This document shows, one piece after another, positions 24,603 to 38,019 of a stretch of DNA of 64,000 nucleotides; position 1 is the stretch's first letter, and the number at the start of each line of letters is the position of its first letter. A model generated the notes under the pieces. That model saw only the letters and a program-made list of their open reading frames with translations, searched no databases and was not told the origin of the DNA. The stretch comes from Eledone cirrhosa. Taxonomy: Eukaryota. The stretch spans positions 78,120,001-78,184,000 of the forward strand of contig OZ024741.1 in assembly GCA_964016885.1 (NCBI GenBank), given 5' to 3'. Position numbers and translations under genes: made by a program.

Positions 24603-26205
24603 CCTCTTCTTCTTCTTTTTCTTCGCCCATTTATTTCTGAGAGGGTCGTGGGGGCAGAGTCCCTCAAACACTCCATGGGTAAGGGTTGGCATGAATACCG
24701 AATTGAAGATAGCGAGTTTGGCTTTTACACCTACCTTCCTTCTTCTGATTACCAAATGCTGTAGCTGGCATATTACTGCACCAGCTTCTGCAATTCTTGC
24801 ACTTAATTCAGCCTCCTGCCTTCCATTTCTCATGAACACGGCCCCCGAGATACTTGAACTTCTCTACCTGCTTCAGGGAAATCCATTCACATATAGAGTG
24901 CACTGTGCAGGCTTCCTTGAGAGGACAATCGTCTCAGTTTTCGCAGCACTGATTTTCATTCCAGCCATGCAGCACTCAGCAGCAAACCTATCAAGTGGAG
25001 ATCACCTTCTGTCAAGTTAAGTAACACCACATTGTCTGCAAATTCCAGCTGACTGATTTTACACCCGCCAATCATACTACTTCCAACCCGGCTGCGCATG
25101 TCAATCCTGTTCATGTAAATAACGAACAGGAGAGGTGACATTATGCACCCTTGATGGAATCTGACTCCCACATTGAATGGTTTTGATTTAGTACCATTTA
25201 TCCAAACAAAAATACTTAGGTCTTTGTATAGAGACATCAGAGTAGCAAGAAGCTGACCATCGATCCCATCTCCTGCAGAACCTCCCACAGCAGGTCCCAA
25301 GGAACATGGTCATATGACTTTTCAAGGTCGACAAAACAAGAATATACCTCTTAGTAATACTCCCACGATTTCTCAAAGACCTGCCGCAGTGTGAATAGTT
25401 GGTCAGCTGTGTTGTGTCTGGGGCAAAAACCCATACTGTTTCTCAGCTAGCTTGGACTCAACAATCTCCCTGCATCTCTTTGCCAGACACTTAGCATATA
25501 TTTTACTGGGGAGGCTTAGCTAGGAGATTTCTCTGTAATTGGAACAGTCTCTTTTGTCTTCCTTTTTGAAAATTAGGATTATCACTCCTGATTGCCATTA
25601 CTTAGGTGCCTTTTCAGAGATCCAGGCCACCCGGCACACACAAGTCAGCCAGCGAATACCTTCTCTATTTAACATCTCAGGCTGGATTTCATCTTCCCCA
25701 GTGGCCTTGCCACATTTGAGCTCTTTAACTGTTTTTGTGATCACAGCCTCTGAGAGATTAGTCACTACTCCCAGATGCAACTCATGTACATCAGATGATG
25801 TGGTTGTAATCGGGTTTAGGAGATCAGCAAAGTATTTTCTCCATCTTGTGAGGATGCACTTCTCTGAAGAGAGGAGAACTCCAGACACATTCTTGATAGC
25901 AGGTGTGCAGGAGGGCTTCTTATTATGAAGTCGGCCAATGGTCTGCCAGACCACTTTATTTGCTATATGCTTGCTTGTACCGTAAGTGCAAGAAAAAGGA
26001 TATATTTCCAAGACAAGCTTTGTAAGCCTCCTTCTTTGCTTGGATGGCATCTTTGACCTCCTGATTGAACTAAGGGGTCCTCTTGCAATCTGGCACCACA
26101 CCAAGCCTCTTTTTCCCACAGCATTTAACAGCTGAAGCAGAAACTGCTGAGCTGAACAATCTTCACTATGTCTCAATGTCCTCAGTTTGCTCACAACAAA
26201 AAGCA
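24603..26205 (-). mobile_element. RTE (BovB-like) LINE, internally deleted and frameshifted
   Basis: ILTRWRKYFADLLNP, LKCGKATGEDEIQPEML, GVRFHQGCIMSPLLFVIYMN and LEFADNVVL motifs. (GAA)n-like tail at about 24605. Confidence 0.88.
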
Positions 26206-26459
26206 TGTTGGATGAATGCTTAGCTGTATTTGTTCCAGCTCTTTATGTTTTAAGTCTAAAGCCTGCTAAAGTCAACTTTGCCTTTCATCTTCCTTAGGTC
26301 AATATAATAAAATACCAGTTAAATACTAGGGTTGACATAATCAACTTTCCTGCTGGCCTTGTGCTAATGTTGGAATGCATTATTATAAATTTTTTTTAAA
26401 TGTGTGATTAATTTAATTCAGTAACAGCATCCATTGCTGGCTCTGTGTCTTGGTGTATG

Positions 26460-26840
26460 TGTACACTTACATATACACATGCACACACACACACACACAC
26501 ATGTACATTCATACATACTCACACAGACATAACATGGACACATAAGCAGACAATATGCATAAATACACTAACGTGCTCATTACACATAAACACAGACAGA
26601 CAAACACATACACGCACAAAACATAGACACACACAAAACATAGACATACACATACACACACACTCACATATGCACACAAACACATACACAAAGATCCTTA
26701 GATGCACACATATGCACAGACATATACTGACATACAAATGCAGACACATACAAAAGCACACAAACACCTAAACACACACATACATTCACACAGAGAAAGA
26801 GCAACTATACACACACATATGCACACACACACATATATAG
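26460..26840. repeat. Degenerate (CA)-rich low-complexity tract
   Basis: Imperfect CA/CATA/CAGA repeats. They explain the overlapping HT/CV-rich ORFs. Confidence 0.85.
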
Positions 26841-27042
26841 AAGCAGCCAAACACCACAACTGCAACAACAACCACCACAAACACAATAACAGACTGCATT
26901 CATCAACATCAACATTTTTTCTCTTTTACTGTAAACATTATATAATGTAATTGGAATTTGTTGACTAAACAATTTCTCTTTGAAGAGAGTCTATAAACCA
27001 TTGTTTGACAGCTAACATCAGAAATATTATTATTGAACCTCT

Positions 27043-27790
27043 AAAGGCTGAAAAGCAAAGTTGGCCTTGATGTGATTTAGTCAGATTTAGAACAATTCTT
27101 TAATGTTTCGGCCAATCAACCACACTGCCGTTACAAATAATAATTATTTCTTTATTAATAATGATTATTTCTTTATATAATAAATAAAGGAATGATTTAT
27201 AATTGTAATGGCAGTATGGTAGATTGGCAGAAACGTTAAAGAATTGTTCTAAATCACGCCAAAGTCAACTTTGCTTTTCAGCATTCGTGGCTCAATAAAA
27301 TAAACTACCAGTTAAGTACTTTGGTCAATATAATCGATTTTTGCTTCTCCACAAATTGCTAGCCTTGTGTCTAAATTAGAAATCATTATTATTTGTAATG
27401 GCAGGGTGGTAGATTGGTAGTATTGGCTGAGCATCAGATAAAATGCTTTATGGTATTTAGTTACAGAATTCTACATTCAGATTTCAAACCCCACTGAGAT
27501 CAACTTTGCCTTTCATCCTTCAGGGGTTGATGAAATAAGATATCAGTTATGTACTGGGGTCGATATAATCGTCTTTTGTCTTCCCCCTAAATTGTTGGCC
27601 TATGTTAGTAACAATTATTTGTAATGGGAGGGTAGTAGATTTGTAGAAACATTAAAACATTTTTCTAGCTCTGTTCAAACCATCTTAAGATCAACTTTGC
27701 CTTTCATCCTTCCAGAGTCAATAAAATGAGTACCAATTTAATCAACTAATTCCTTCCCTAAAATTTCTGGCCTTGTGCCAATGATAGAAA
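27043..27790. mobile_element. SINE cluster: three tandem plus-strand copies preceded by an inverted partial copy
   Basis: Units starting tgtaatggcag..ggtagattgg near 27203, 27394 and 27620. 27043-27140 is the reverse complement of about 27200-27285. Confidence 0.75.
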
Positions 27791-29166
27791 TAATTATTAT
27801 TTGCAATGATATACATTTATTCTATTACTGGTTTCTGTCGTTGACTTGCAACTATGCAAGACCACTACTTTCAAGGGTTTTAGACACTCATATTGACCCC
27901 AATTTCAGTCATAAGGCTTGAATTGACCCTAGGCTATGGTAGAAGACATTTGCTCAAATGGATCAAAGCCAGGATCTCATGATTACAAAATTAATTTCTT
28001 AACTACTCAGTCATGCCAACACCCTTAGAATTATAAATGAACAGAGATAACACACACACATGATGGGCTTCTACACAATTTCCATCTATCCAGTTCCTCT
28101 AACAAGGTTTGGCAGAGTAAGAGTGGCAGATGAAATATTTTGTAACATTTAATTACATTCCCTTACATTTAAAGTTAAAATTTTAAACAGTGGGGGCTTT
28201 GCCTTTCATCATTCAGGGGGCTGTTCAAATTCAAATACTGTGATCTTGTTTCTATGAAGTTCAATCAACCAGGTTTCTGCAACTGATGCAGGCAGTCATT
28301 GGGGTACCACTCTAGACATTTGACTGTGTGTTCATAATTGCATTTCAGTGAGCCTTAGAAAGCTTGGCAGTACCCATCTCCTCTCTAAGCATCCAGTCCT
28401 TCATTAAGTTTAGCTTGCCAGCCAAAGCAGTTACCTGTGTGTGGCTAATTATTTCACTGAGCCAGACATGAGTGTCAGAGGAAAACCAGTGTACCACCCA
28501 CTTGTCCCTAATGATGCCACACTTTGGTTTTGAGATAATGTTTCTTTAAATCCTGGACAACATTTGATCAATATTGCAATAATGTGTCTACAAATCACTT
28601 CACTCTATTTTCAAAGTAATATTCAATAATATTAGATATTTAAAAGTTAGAAATCATCATTGTCATCTTAGTGTTTAGTTACATTGCTGCACATTCTCAA
28701 TTCAAATCTGCCAACTTCACCTTCTAGAGTAAAGGACCAGGTGCAATTTAATTGGCAATCCAAAAGGACAGAAGGGCAGGATAGCAGAGTTCATAAAGTA
28801 CCTTAGTTTCATACCTCTACTTTCTGAATTTTAAGTATCCCTGTGAACAAATTTGCCTTTTAGTTTTCTGAGGTATGTGTGAGTGAGTGAGTGTGTGTGC
28901 ATTGGTCGGGTGGGGGCAATAAAATAAAGAATATGTTAACTACAGTGGTTGAATATATAAGTGATTGTTCCATTTCCTTCCTCCCCAAATTTGTAGACAT
29001 ATTTTTGTTCTATATTGTGGGATTGGGTGGGGATGCTGATCAAATAAATCTTTTATACAATACATCTGGTGGATTTTATTAATTTAAAGCTGATTATTCA
29101 ATGCCTTAGTAACCTGAATTTTCTTGCCTTATTGAAAAAGTATATATATATATATATATATATATA

Positions 29167-30228
29167 TCATCATCATCATCATCATCATCAACGTTTAACG
29201 TCCGTGTTCCACGCTTGCATGGGTTTGGACGGGGGTAGTCCCACTTGAGGCAAGAGTGATTGTCTTGCTCGCATAGGACTGTCTGGCAGGTTTTCTACAG
29301 TTGGATGCCCTTCCTAACACCAACCACATTTACAGTGTGGGTCTGGGAGGTTTTTACCGTGTTGCCTACACGGCCACATTACAGCGTGGACTGTGTGTTT
29401 TTTTGTCGTGACACCTACACGATCTCATTTGTTTCGGCCTCGATGGTGCGGCACCAACATAACTTTACATAGAACGGGGTGGTGTGGATGGGGTGGGGGT
29501 GGGGGTGGTGGGACGGGGTGTATTTTGTTAGAGATGCCTACTGGCTGGAGTAGGTTTTACTATATATTTAGGTAAGGCGGGTCTTCTCTGTTACTGAGTA
29601 CCGCCAAAGGTCTCGGTCCAGTGACATTGTCTTGGAGAGGTGTAAGTGTGTGATGTCGGAGTTTATCAGCTCGTCCCAGGTTTTTCTAGGTCTGCCTATT
29701 CCGTGACTACCGTCTATCTTTATTGCCCTGCACTTTGTTATACAGCTATCGACTTTCATGCGCATCACGTGTCCATACCAACGTAGCCTTCTCTCGAGTA
29801 AACAACATCTGATCCCTCTTATCTCTAATTTTTTCCTTAGTTCGTTTATGCTTTGCCGTTCACGTATATTACTGTTACACATCCAGCGGAGCATGCAAGC
29901 TTCGTTCCTCTCTAGTCTGCGTATATCCTCTGCACACAATGCCCAGGTCTCACTGCCATGCAGCATTGCTGTTCGTATGCAGGCATCGTACAACCTGCCT
30001 TTCATTTTTAGTGAGAACCCTTTAGCAGCTAATAGTGGTATAAGCTCTCTGAACTTTTTCCAACCAGTTCTGACTCTAGCTACAGTACTTTCAGAGCACC
30101 CTCCCCCACTGCTGATTTTATCGCCCAGGTAACGGAAGCTGTCCACTATTTCTATAGAACCCTCTGCGCAATTGAAAGAGCTAGTATTTTGTGGGCACTT
30201 GCTGCTACTTATTGCACCAGAGCACCGG

Positions 30229-30230
<2 letters not shown>
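29167..30230 (-). mobile_element. Young RTE LINE, 5'-truncated copy 2, inside (TA)n
   Basis: Open frame IEIVDSFRYLGDKIS..GWKKFRELIPLL..GRPRKTW, (GAT)n tail, and TA tracts on both sides. Confidence 0.93.
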
Positions 30231-30271
<41 letters not shown>

Positions 30272-30884
30272 TCATCATCACCATCATTTAACATCTGTTT
30301 TCCTGACTAGCACTACCAGGCCAGGGACTTATGGAAAATTATCCATAATACCGCACCTGAAAATCCTCCAGAGAAGCTACTCAAAATGGGTCACCTAGGA
30401 TTGTTCCAATGTTGTTATTGTTTTTTTTTTTGCAGCTGCTGTTGATGTTAGTTTTGTTATTTTTGGAACCATTATTTTACTTTTTATTGTTTTTTTTTCA
30501 TCTTATTTTTGCTTTCTGGGTTACCTTCTGTAGCTGTTGAAGTGGGATTGGCATTTTTGCCAATTCTTCCAAGTTGTTGTTTGTTGGTGGCATAGACATG
30601 AAGTTAGTAGCTTTCTCCTTAGAAATAAGGATGATACTGTTTTGATCTATGAAAAGACATGGGGAATGACAGTCAAGATAACTCCTATTACTGCAACTCT
30701 CTTTTCGAAATTTAAACTAGTCATTTTTAGAAAATCTTGCAGATTTTAGAAGAGGAAAATTTTAGCAGAGGAACATTTTGAAATAGGCAACATGTGCCTG
30801 TTTCGTGAACATAAATGTAGGTGACCTCTTCAGGGCTTGCCTGGTCACCTACAGAAAATAATGACAACAATTATGGTCAGCCAT

Positions 30885-31400
30885 AGTTGGTACAAGCAAA
30901 TAAAGTTTGGGAAAAACTCAACGGTGGAGGACCAATATGAATACTTGTGATATCAGCTGTGTTAATAATAATATAAAATACCAACAGAAAAATATTGTAC
31001 AAACGCACACCAGAAAAAGTGTCAGAGAATGACAAAGCAACCATTCTCTGAGATATGCCAATACATACAGACAGAAAGATTGAAGCCAACCAGCCAGATA
31101 TTATAGTCAAAGACCACAAAGGGGGAAAAATGCCCTCTAATAGATGTACCAATACCCACAGACGATAATATATCTTTCATGTAAATAGAGGAACTCTCCA
31201 AATATAAAGATCTAGAGATAGAAATAACTTGATTGCGGAAAATGAAAACAGAAACAATACCTATAATAATAGGTGCTCTCGGAATAATAAAAAAACACAG
31301 ACAGATACATAACCAAAATCCCAGGACTTATAAATATATACAACATACAAAAGATAGCACTACTAGGCACTGCACATATATTACGAAGAGTACTCTCAAT
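30885..31400 (+). mobile_element. R4/Dong-type non-LTR retrotransposon C-terminal restriction-like endonuclease remnant
   Basis: PEKVSENDKATIL*DMPIHTDRKIEANQPDIIVKD..IDV..KYKDLEIEI..MKTETIPIIIGALG (PD..D and KYxDL motifs). Confidence 0.8.
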
Positions 31401-31509
31401 ACACTAGAAACATCACTAAAAAACACACTGCATATACCCAAGGTACACAGAGCTGCACTCAGTAATGCAGTTATGAATTTTATTTTGATTTTGGAATATA
31501 ACAAAAGTT

Positions 31510-31850
31510 CTTACGTAATATTATGATAGAAGGTAAGCATGGATGGACAGAGAGAAAAGCTGAGTATAAGAGTGCAAGAGAGAAGACTACTGTGTATGAA
31601 TGATAACCATTGGGTGAAGAAATGCCAAGAAATCTCAGTGGAAGGAAGCTGCAGTAGAAGAAGACCAAGAAAGACCTGAGCAGAAATTGTAAGAGTTGAT
31701 CTTAAATCACTGAAACTGACAAAGGAGATGATGAAAGACAGCAACAAGTGGAGGGATACTATGCTCGAAAAGACTCGTCCAACCCATGCAAGCAGACATA
31801 AAATGATGTCAAAAATGATGATGATGATGACGATGACGATGATGATGATG
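31510..31850 (+). mobile_element. Older RTE 3' fragment
   Basis: RRRPRKT*AEIVRVDL..EKTRPTHASR followed by a (GAT)n tail. Confidence 0.7.
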
Positions 31851-32059
31851 ATAATAAACACTTTAAACAGGCAGTTTTCTATCACAGAGCCAGGGTTGGT
31901 TTCAAGCAAAGTTATGAAAATGGTTAAAACAACTACAAAACATATTGAATTACCAAAAACACAATTCTAGATTAGAAGTGGTATAGGTTGTGGTATAGGT
32001 TGTGTGTTTGTGTGTGCATAACAGGGAGTTGTCCTATACATAATACAATACAAACTCAC

Positions 32060-32148
32060 TTTCTACATTCAGTGAATTTTGTGGTGATACATGATACGCT
32101 AATATTTCTACAAGGGGTCTGACTTGACTACTCAGGCAATGAGTGTAC
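32060..32148 (-). CDS. Putative exon with apparent 1-nt frameshift: (R)YTHCLSSQVRP / PCRNISVSCITTKFTECR(N)
   Basis: cctgttatag| ... AA|gtgagt, 89 nt. The entry phase matches the upstream exon, but the exit matches the downstream exon only if one base is added (for example at the C4 run 32114-32117). Confidence 0.55.
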
Positions 32149-32179
32149 CTATAACAGGATACTTCTACTACTACTAATA

Positions 32180-32211
<32 letters not shown>

Positions 32212-32664
32212 AGTGGTGGTGGTAGTGGTTTCTAATTTAGGCACAAGGCCATTTGTTGGAAATGGAACATGAGCAACAGCAACAAGAATGATAGTAATTA
32301 TAATACCCTTACCTTGTGAGATTAATTGTAAGAACCAAGCTGGTAAAGATGAACAACAGTATTTTTAACATGACTAAATCAAGGAGCTGACTGAGTGTAA
32401 TGACAGAAGAAAGAGGGCAACAGAGCTAGAGAGCTAGAGAGAGAGGATGAAAGAAAGGGAAAATAGATAGATAGTGAGAAGGAAAGAGAAAACAATAGGT
32501 GCTGTCAAAAACAATGATAGCTGTCAAATCTGTCAAATTTGATTTTGCATAAGTGTGTGTGCGTGTATGTATGTTTATATATATGCATACTTGTACGTGT
32601 GTGTGTATATACATACCTGTATATGTGCGTATATATATATAAACATACCTGTATGTGTGTGTAT

Positions 32665-33225
32665 ATCATCATCATCATCATCGTTTAATGTCTATCTTTT
32701 TACCATGTTACCTACACGACCACATTACAGCGTGGACTGTGTGTTTCTTTTGTCGTGACACCTACATGACCTCATTAGTTTGGACTGGATGTTGTGGTAC
32801 CAACATAAATTTATAGAGAAAGAGGTGGTGTTGGCGGGAGTGGAAGGATGGAGTAGGGGTAGTGGGTTGGGGTGTATGTTTGGTTTGGAGAGGCCTACTG
32901 ACTGTAGATTAACTTTGCACGTAGTGAAGGCGGGTCTTCTGTAATACTGCGTAGTGCCAAAGATCTTGATCCAGTGACATTGTCTTAGAGAGGTGCAAGT
33001 GTGTAAGGTCAGAATTTATCATGTCGTCCCAGGTTTTTCTAGGTCTACCTACTCTGTAACTTCCATCAATTTTGATTGCCCTGCACTTTTTTATACAGCT
33101 GTCATCTTTCATGTGCATCATGTGACCATACCAACATAATCTTCTCTCAAGTAAACAGCATCTGATCCCTCTTATTCCTAATTTCTAACTTAGTTCATTT
33201 ATGTTTTGCTGTTTGTGTGTATTAC
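32665..33225 (-). mobile_element. Diverged copy 3 of the young RTE family
   Basis: MMHMKDDSCIKKCRAIKIDG..GRPRKTWDDMINSDL plus a related 3' UTR and (GAT)n tail. Confidence 0.85.
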
Positions 33226-33241
33226 TATTTACACACATACA

Positions 33242-33289
<48 letters not shown>

Positions 33290-33294
<5 letters not shown>

Positions 33295-35305
33295 AGTAAA
33301 ATGACAGGAGGCCAAATAGGTTGAATTCCCTTATTTATTTCTGCAAACACTATGCACCTTTCAGTGGCCAGGTTGCGTAAGAACTTGGTGAGATCTTCAG
33401 GTGTATATTGCATAATAGATGTATACTAATGGAATGATGGTAAACACATTCAGAGAGGCTCTAAGGAAAAAGGAAAGAAAAAAACAGAGAAGAAAAAAGT
33501 GTGCTTATATTTTTGATCCAGAGACCCACAAGCAGCATGTTATTAGTTTGCTAAGCGGGTAGGGAGATATATTGCTTATTGGGTGAATCACTACTACCTC
33601 TCAATTCAAACAACCTTCGGACAGCAGGCCAGAAAAGGGGTAGGGGTGAAGAATATTGTGTTACAGAGAATGATAATTTGCTTGGCTCAAGCTAAGGTCT
33701 ATACAGACACGGAAAGTATATAACAGACGAATGTAGGAACATATCAAGTTGAGAAAATTCAGAGCTTAAAAGAAATTACAGGTTAAAATTGTTTAGTTGA
33801 GGTTAATTTTAGGTATTGAAAATTAAAATTGAATGTTTAAAATTTAATTAAATAAGTAGAGTCCGTATAGTTGGCCGGTGAATTACTGTATGCTAGGCAA
33901 TCACCAATTATAAAGACCAGTTATGTTAATGATTCTAATTATAGAGTTGTGTAAATCAGGGACCTAATAAACAAATAACATATTGAGAAGCCAAGTCACA
34001 ATCAGCTTTGGGTTCCTCTTGTAGTTCAATGTTATATTCCTATGGAGTGTGAGATAGTCTCGCACTATACTATATAAGTAGTATGGTATGGCAGTTAACA
34101 ACAACTGAAAATGGTGACCCCACCCCAATACACCCAGGGCACAAAGTCCCACTGACTGTGCCGAGTATTACGGTATACCGTAGAAAAGGGAAAGCACTGA
34201 AGGAGGGTTGACAGATCCAGTATCCCAAGCGCAGCTAGAAGGGTGTTCACTGCCAGCAGGTGTTGTAATATATGCCATATATTCCTAGTTATCCATACTA
34301 GGGAAGTTAATGATAAAATTGAGAAGTATCAAAACTGAAGCAACACAGGATTTAATGAGACAGTAAAACCTATACACAATCCCTAGGTTCCATGCGCTGG
34401 TCAGTCTTAGATTCATATTGGATGTAATCCACATAGGCAAGGTACATACATCAAACAAAGTTATCACTATAATATGAAGACACTATCCGTATATTATATA
34501 GCAAATGTATCCCAAAGGGGTAGGGGGATAATTAATTGAATAAATATACATATAGTTAATGGTAAATATGCAGAAGAGATAGTGAAAAGTATTTAATTAA
34601 AGGAAAGTATAATGTATCGGGGACATAGAAAGTAAAAGAATTTAGGTAAAGGATGAGTGAAATGTCTATAAAAAATCTAATCGCAATCATATAAAGAATG
34701 GTAGTCAAGAGTAAAGAATATATAAAATAAAAAATAGAAAATAAAAAGATATAAAATATAAGATATAGGAATAAAAAATAACAAATTGGGTGTAACAGAT
34801 AAACAAATAAACAGCAGAGCTTAACAAATAGTAAAGTTTAAAAACAGTGAAGTTTAAAAATTAAAAATTAAGCTAAAAATAATATAGTTTGAAAGATATA
34901 TAGTTTGAAGAGCATACATTGAAAAGAATAGATATATGAATAGAGGTGATATCAGGTGAGATGCAGTGTATGGTCTGAGTAGTAAGTGTTTATGTAAATA
35001 CCTAGAAACCAAGAACTATAAAGGTAAAATTCAGTCAGTGTAAGGTATAGGGTGTCAGGAAGAGAAATGTCGTGCGGATGCTTCAAAGAATTAACAAAGT
35101 TCTACAGAGTTTTTATTGTTCCAAGTGTGAATATCTATTAATTCAGGGTGTGGCCCAAGTTGTGAGGCAGGCTTGTTTTCGGCAGACAAAATCCTACTAG
35201 TATGGTATCAATCCCATGGTGGTAATGGTCTCGCATCGGTGAAAAGGCCTCTGTTCTCCATTACATCATAAACCACCGAACTGGATAAGGAGCATTATTC
35301 GTTTA
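33290..35305 (-). mobile_element. Unclassified ~2-kb insertion between (TA)n tracts, possibly a Penelope-type remnant
   Basis: Bounded by TA repeats, with strand-biased A-rich sequence like the Penelope repeat at 10 kb and a decayed hammerhead-like motif at 33342-33412. No clear ORF. Confidence 0.35.
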
Positions 35306-35769
35306 AATATATATATACATATATTAAATATATATATATACAAACATATGCTTAGAAAAATGCATGTAAAATGATGATGATAATATCATAATGTAGTTGT
35401 AGTTTGTAGTAACATATACAATTTAGTATATGTTTTACATATTCATTTCTGATTTAAGCACAAGGCCAGAACATTTTATGAAGAGGGCAAAGTTGATTAA
35501 ATCAACTCCAGTACTTGACTTGTACTTTATTTTATTAACCTAAAAGCACAAAAGGCAAAGTTGACCTTGGTGAGATTTGAATGTAAAGAGCCAGAACAAA
35601 TACCACAATGGCATTTTATTTAATACTCTACCAATTCTGACAATCCACCACCCTTATATACTTTACATATTACAAACATTAATAATAGATCTTTATACAT
35701 AAATAAAGGTAACCATTCATCAGAGCTATCAAAGACAACTTCTAATATCTGTGCTAGGAGCCAGGAAGA

Positions 35770-36790
35770 TTCTCTAGGGTTCAGAGAAGCTTTTGTTATG
35801 GGTAAGCATAAGGTTCAAACCTGTAAATTTTTTTGTTTTGAAAAGAGGAAAGGTGACTGACAAGTTCTGCTTCAAGCTGGGAGAAGATCTGATCCCATTA
35901 GTTACAGAAAAAAAACGATGAGAAATCTTGGGAAGGCCTTCAATTGTAGTGTGAAGGATATAAACTCTATCAAGGCGACCAGTACTGACCTGATGGGTTT
36001 GTTGAAAGCTGTAGACAGGTCTGGGTTGCAGGAAAATTCAAGGGTTTAGTCTATCAACATGGGATGCTTCTAGTGTCCTCTGGCACCTATTCATCTATGA
36101 AGTCTCCATTACCATAGTGGAGGGCTTTGTTCACAAAGTGGGTAGATATCTTCATAGATGGCTGATCTTGCCATATAGTTTGAACACCATTGGATAGTGT
36201 TTGTGTGTGTCAATGGTGCAACAACTTCTCTTGTGTTATTGATCTACATGATAAAAACACCCAGTACATGCTATAAAGTGGTTGATGATAGGAAGAGCAT
36301 CTATCCATAGAAAGTTTGCCAAACAAAGTGTTGAAAGAACCCTTCAGTTGTGTCAAAGATATAACAATCTCCTTATATCTCACAATAAAATGCACTCAGT
36401 AGTATGTGGAATTGCATGAAGATGCAGGCCCTCACTCAATCTGAGATGTCAGTAGCCCTGCATGATTACTGACTCAGAATCCTATAGTTGTCACCTGACT
36501 GTAGCGGTTGTATCGTCAAGAGATTCATTTTCAGAGGAGGGCGCAACTTTTCCATATTTTATTATAAAAAATACACATTTGGACTTATCAAATTTCATTC
36601 CAATGTTTGTAGGAAATTGGGTAATGAGGTCTAATTCATTTTTGATGTGGCTCATATAATTTCAGTTCATCGACAAAAAAATAGGAGATATTTCTATGTT
36701 TTGTAATCAGGTATGATAGTGTGATATGAGGTTTAACGAGTGGACAAAGAGAAGCACTGACAAGTTGTCACTCCAAAAGATGCTTTTGTA
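35770..36790 (-). mobile_element. R4/Dong-type reverse transcriptase remnant
   Basis: Minus strand gives SDNLSVLLFVHSLNLIS (decayed GDSLSPLLF), ISPIFFVDELKLY and QFPTNIGMKFDKSKC (decayed HLxxxDDLKL..DIGMxFGxxKC). Confidence 0.65.
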
Positions 36791-36957
36791 TGTATGTGCG
36801 GGGACATGAAAATAATTGGTTTTGTGCCTAAGCAAGAGGTTAGCCAGCTGAGAAACCTCTAGTCTTTATTAGGACATCATTCTAGAAGGAAAACTCTGAT
36901 GTAAAACCTGCAACCCTATGGCAGCCAAAGATGTTGACCTGCTCTTATTTTGGATAC

Positions 36958-37056
36958 CTGTCACAGTGGGATTGGTCTAGTACAGGGTCTTTCTTCACTT
37001 GATCTAAATGACTTCCATATGTGTTGTGTGAGGACGGTTTTTTCTTTTTCTTTTCC
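36958..37056 (-). CDS. Putative exon EKKKKKPSSHNTYGSHLDQVKKDPVLDQSHCD(R), phase 2-2
   Basis: tatattcttgcag| ... CAG|gtatcc, 99 nt and open. Phases are compatible with both flanking candidate exons. Confidence 0.6.
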
Positions 37057-38019
37057 CTGCAAGAATATACAGAAAGGAATCTAAATCTTTGGAAGGGTTC
37101 AAAAGTCAAGTTTGTGCCACTCATGTATAAGAAAAAGGTCAAAGATGCAGCTATGTATGATGTATTTTATAAGTGCATATATTTCATCACAATCTGTCAA
37201 ATATTGAGTGAAATCCCCAAAGAATTGTTATTGTACACTTCTATAAAAGTTAAACAATTAATCTACAAAACAACAGATATAGTTAGGACATAAGGGTAGA
37301 TGTTTGGAATTAACATTCATCTATTTTACTTTTTGTTTATCATAATTCTCTCATTTTGTCATCCTCATACAAGTACATACTTAGCTTATATATACAGGCA
37401 CACTCACACACGTGTACACTTGCATGCATGCACATATACATATGTATGCATGCACATACACAAATATATATTTTCAAACTCATTACTTTTTCATCTCATT
37501 TGTTTCCCTTTCCCAACCTCTCCTGGGTCTAAATCTTTTTTCAGCTTCCTACCACTTCCTTTTTCTATGAGGGCTAAGAAGTGACTGTGTTTTTTCTTTT
37601 CTTTTTTGTTTGTCCACCTTTTTCTTTATTCGCCAAAACTATACCCTCTTCTTTCTATCCAATGAAAGAATAGCACGAGAAATGTCAAGACTTTTAAAAT
37701 ACTTCTTTTAACCCTTTAGTCGTGTGGTAAACCACAAATGTAAATATAATCGTTCTTATAACAGGTCCAGCTGTAAACCACACAACCAAATATTAGAACT
37801 GTTCAGATGCAATACTTGAAACAATAAAGAAATTACATTAAGAATTATAATGAATCCTAGTTTTATGACATGAAATCTATAACTATCACAACCTCAGGAT
37901 TTCTGAACAGTCATGGCAGCACCTTAGGATGCACAATATTTTTGGTTTCACCAACAGGGGCATAAGTAAAGAGATTTTAGGGGCTTTCAACTCTTCAGTA
38001 TCCTACAAGATATTTTCAC

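Noticed and set aside
26445-26950. His/Thr- and Cys/Val-rich ORFs
   Set aside because: Translations of CA/TG low-complexity sequence. The same applies to 875-1198, 2217-2577 and 32555-32758.
37648-37695. Possible hammerhead remnant (ccaatgaaagaatagcacgagaaatgtc)
   Set aside because: Too degenerate: neither core nor stems can be assigned.
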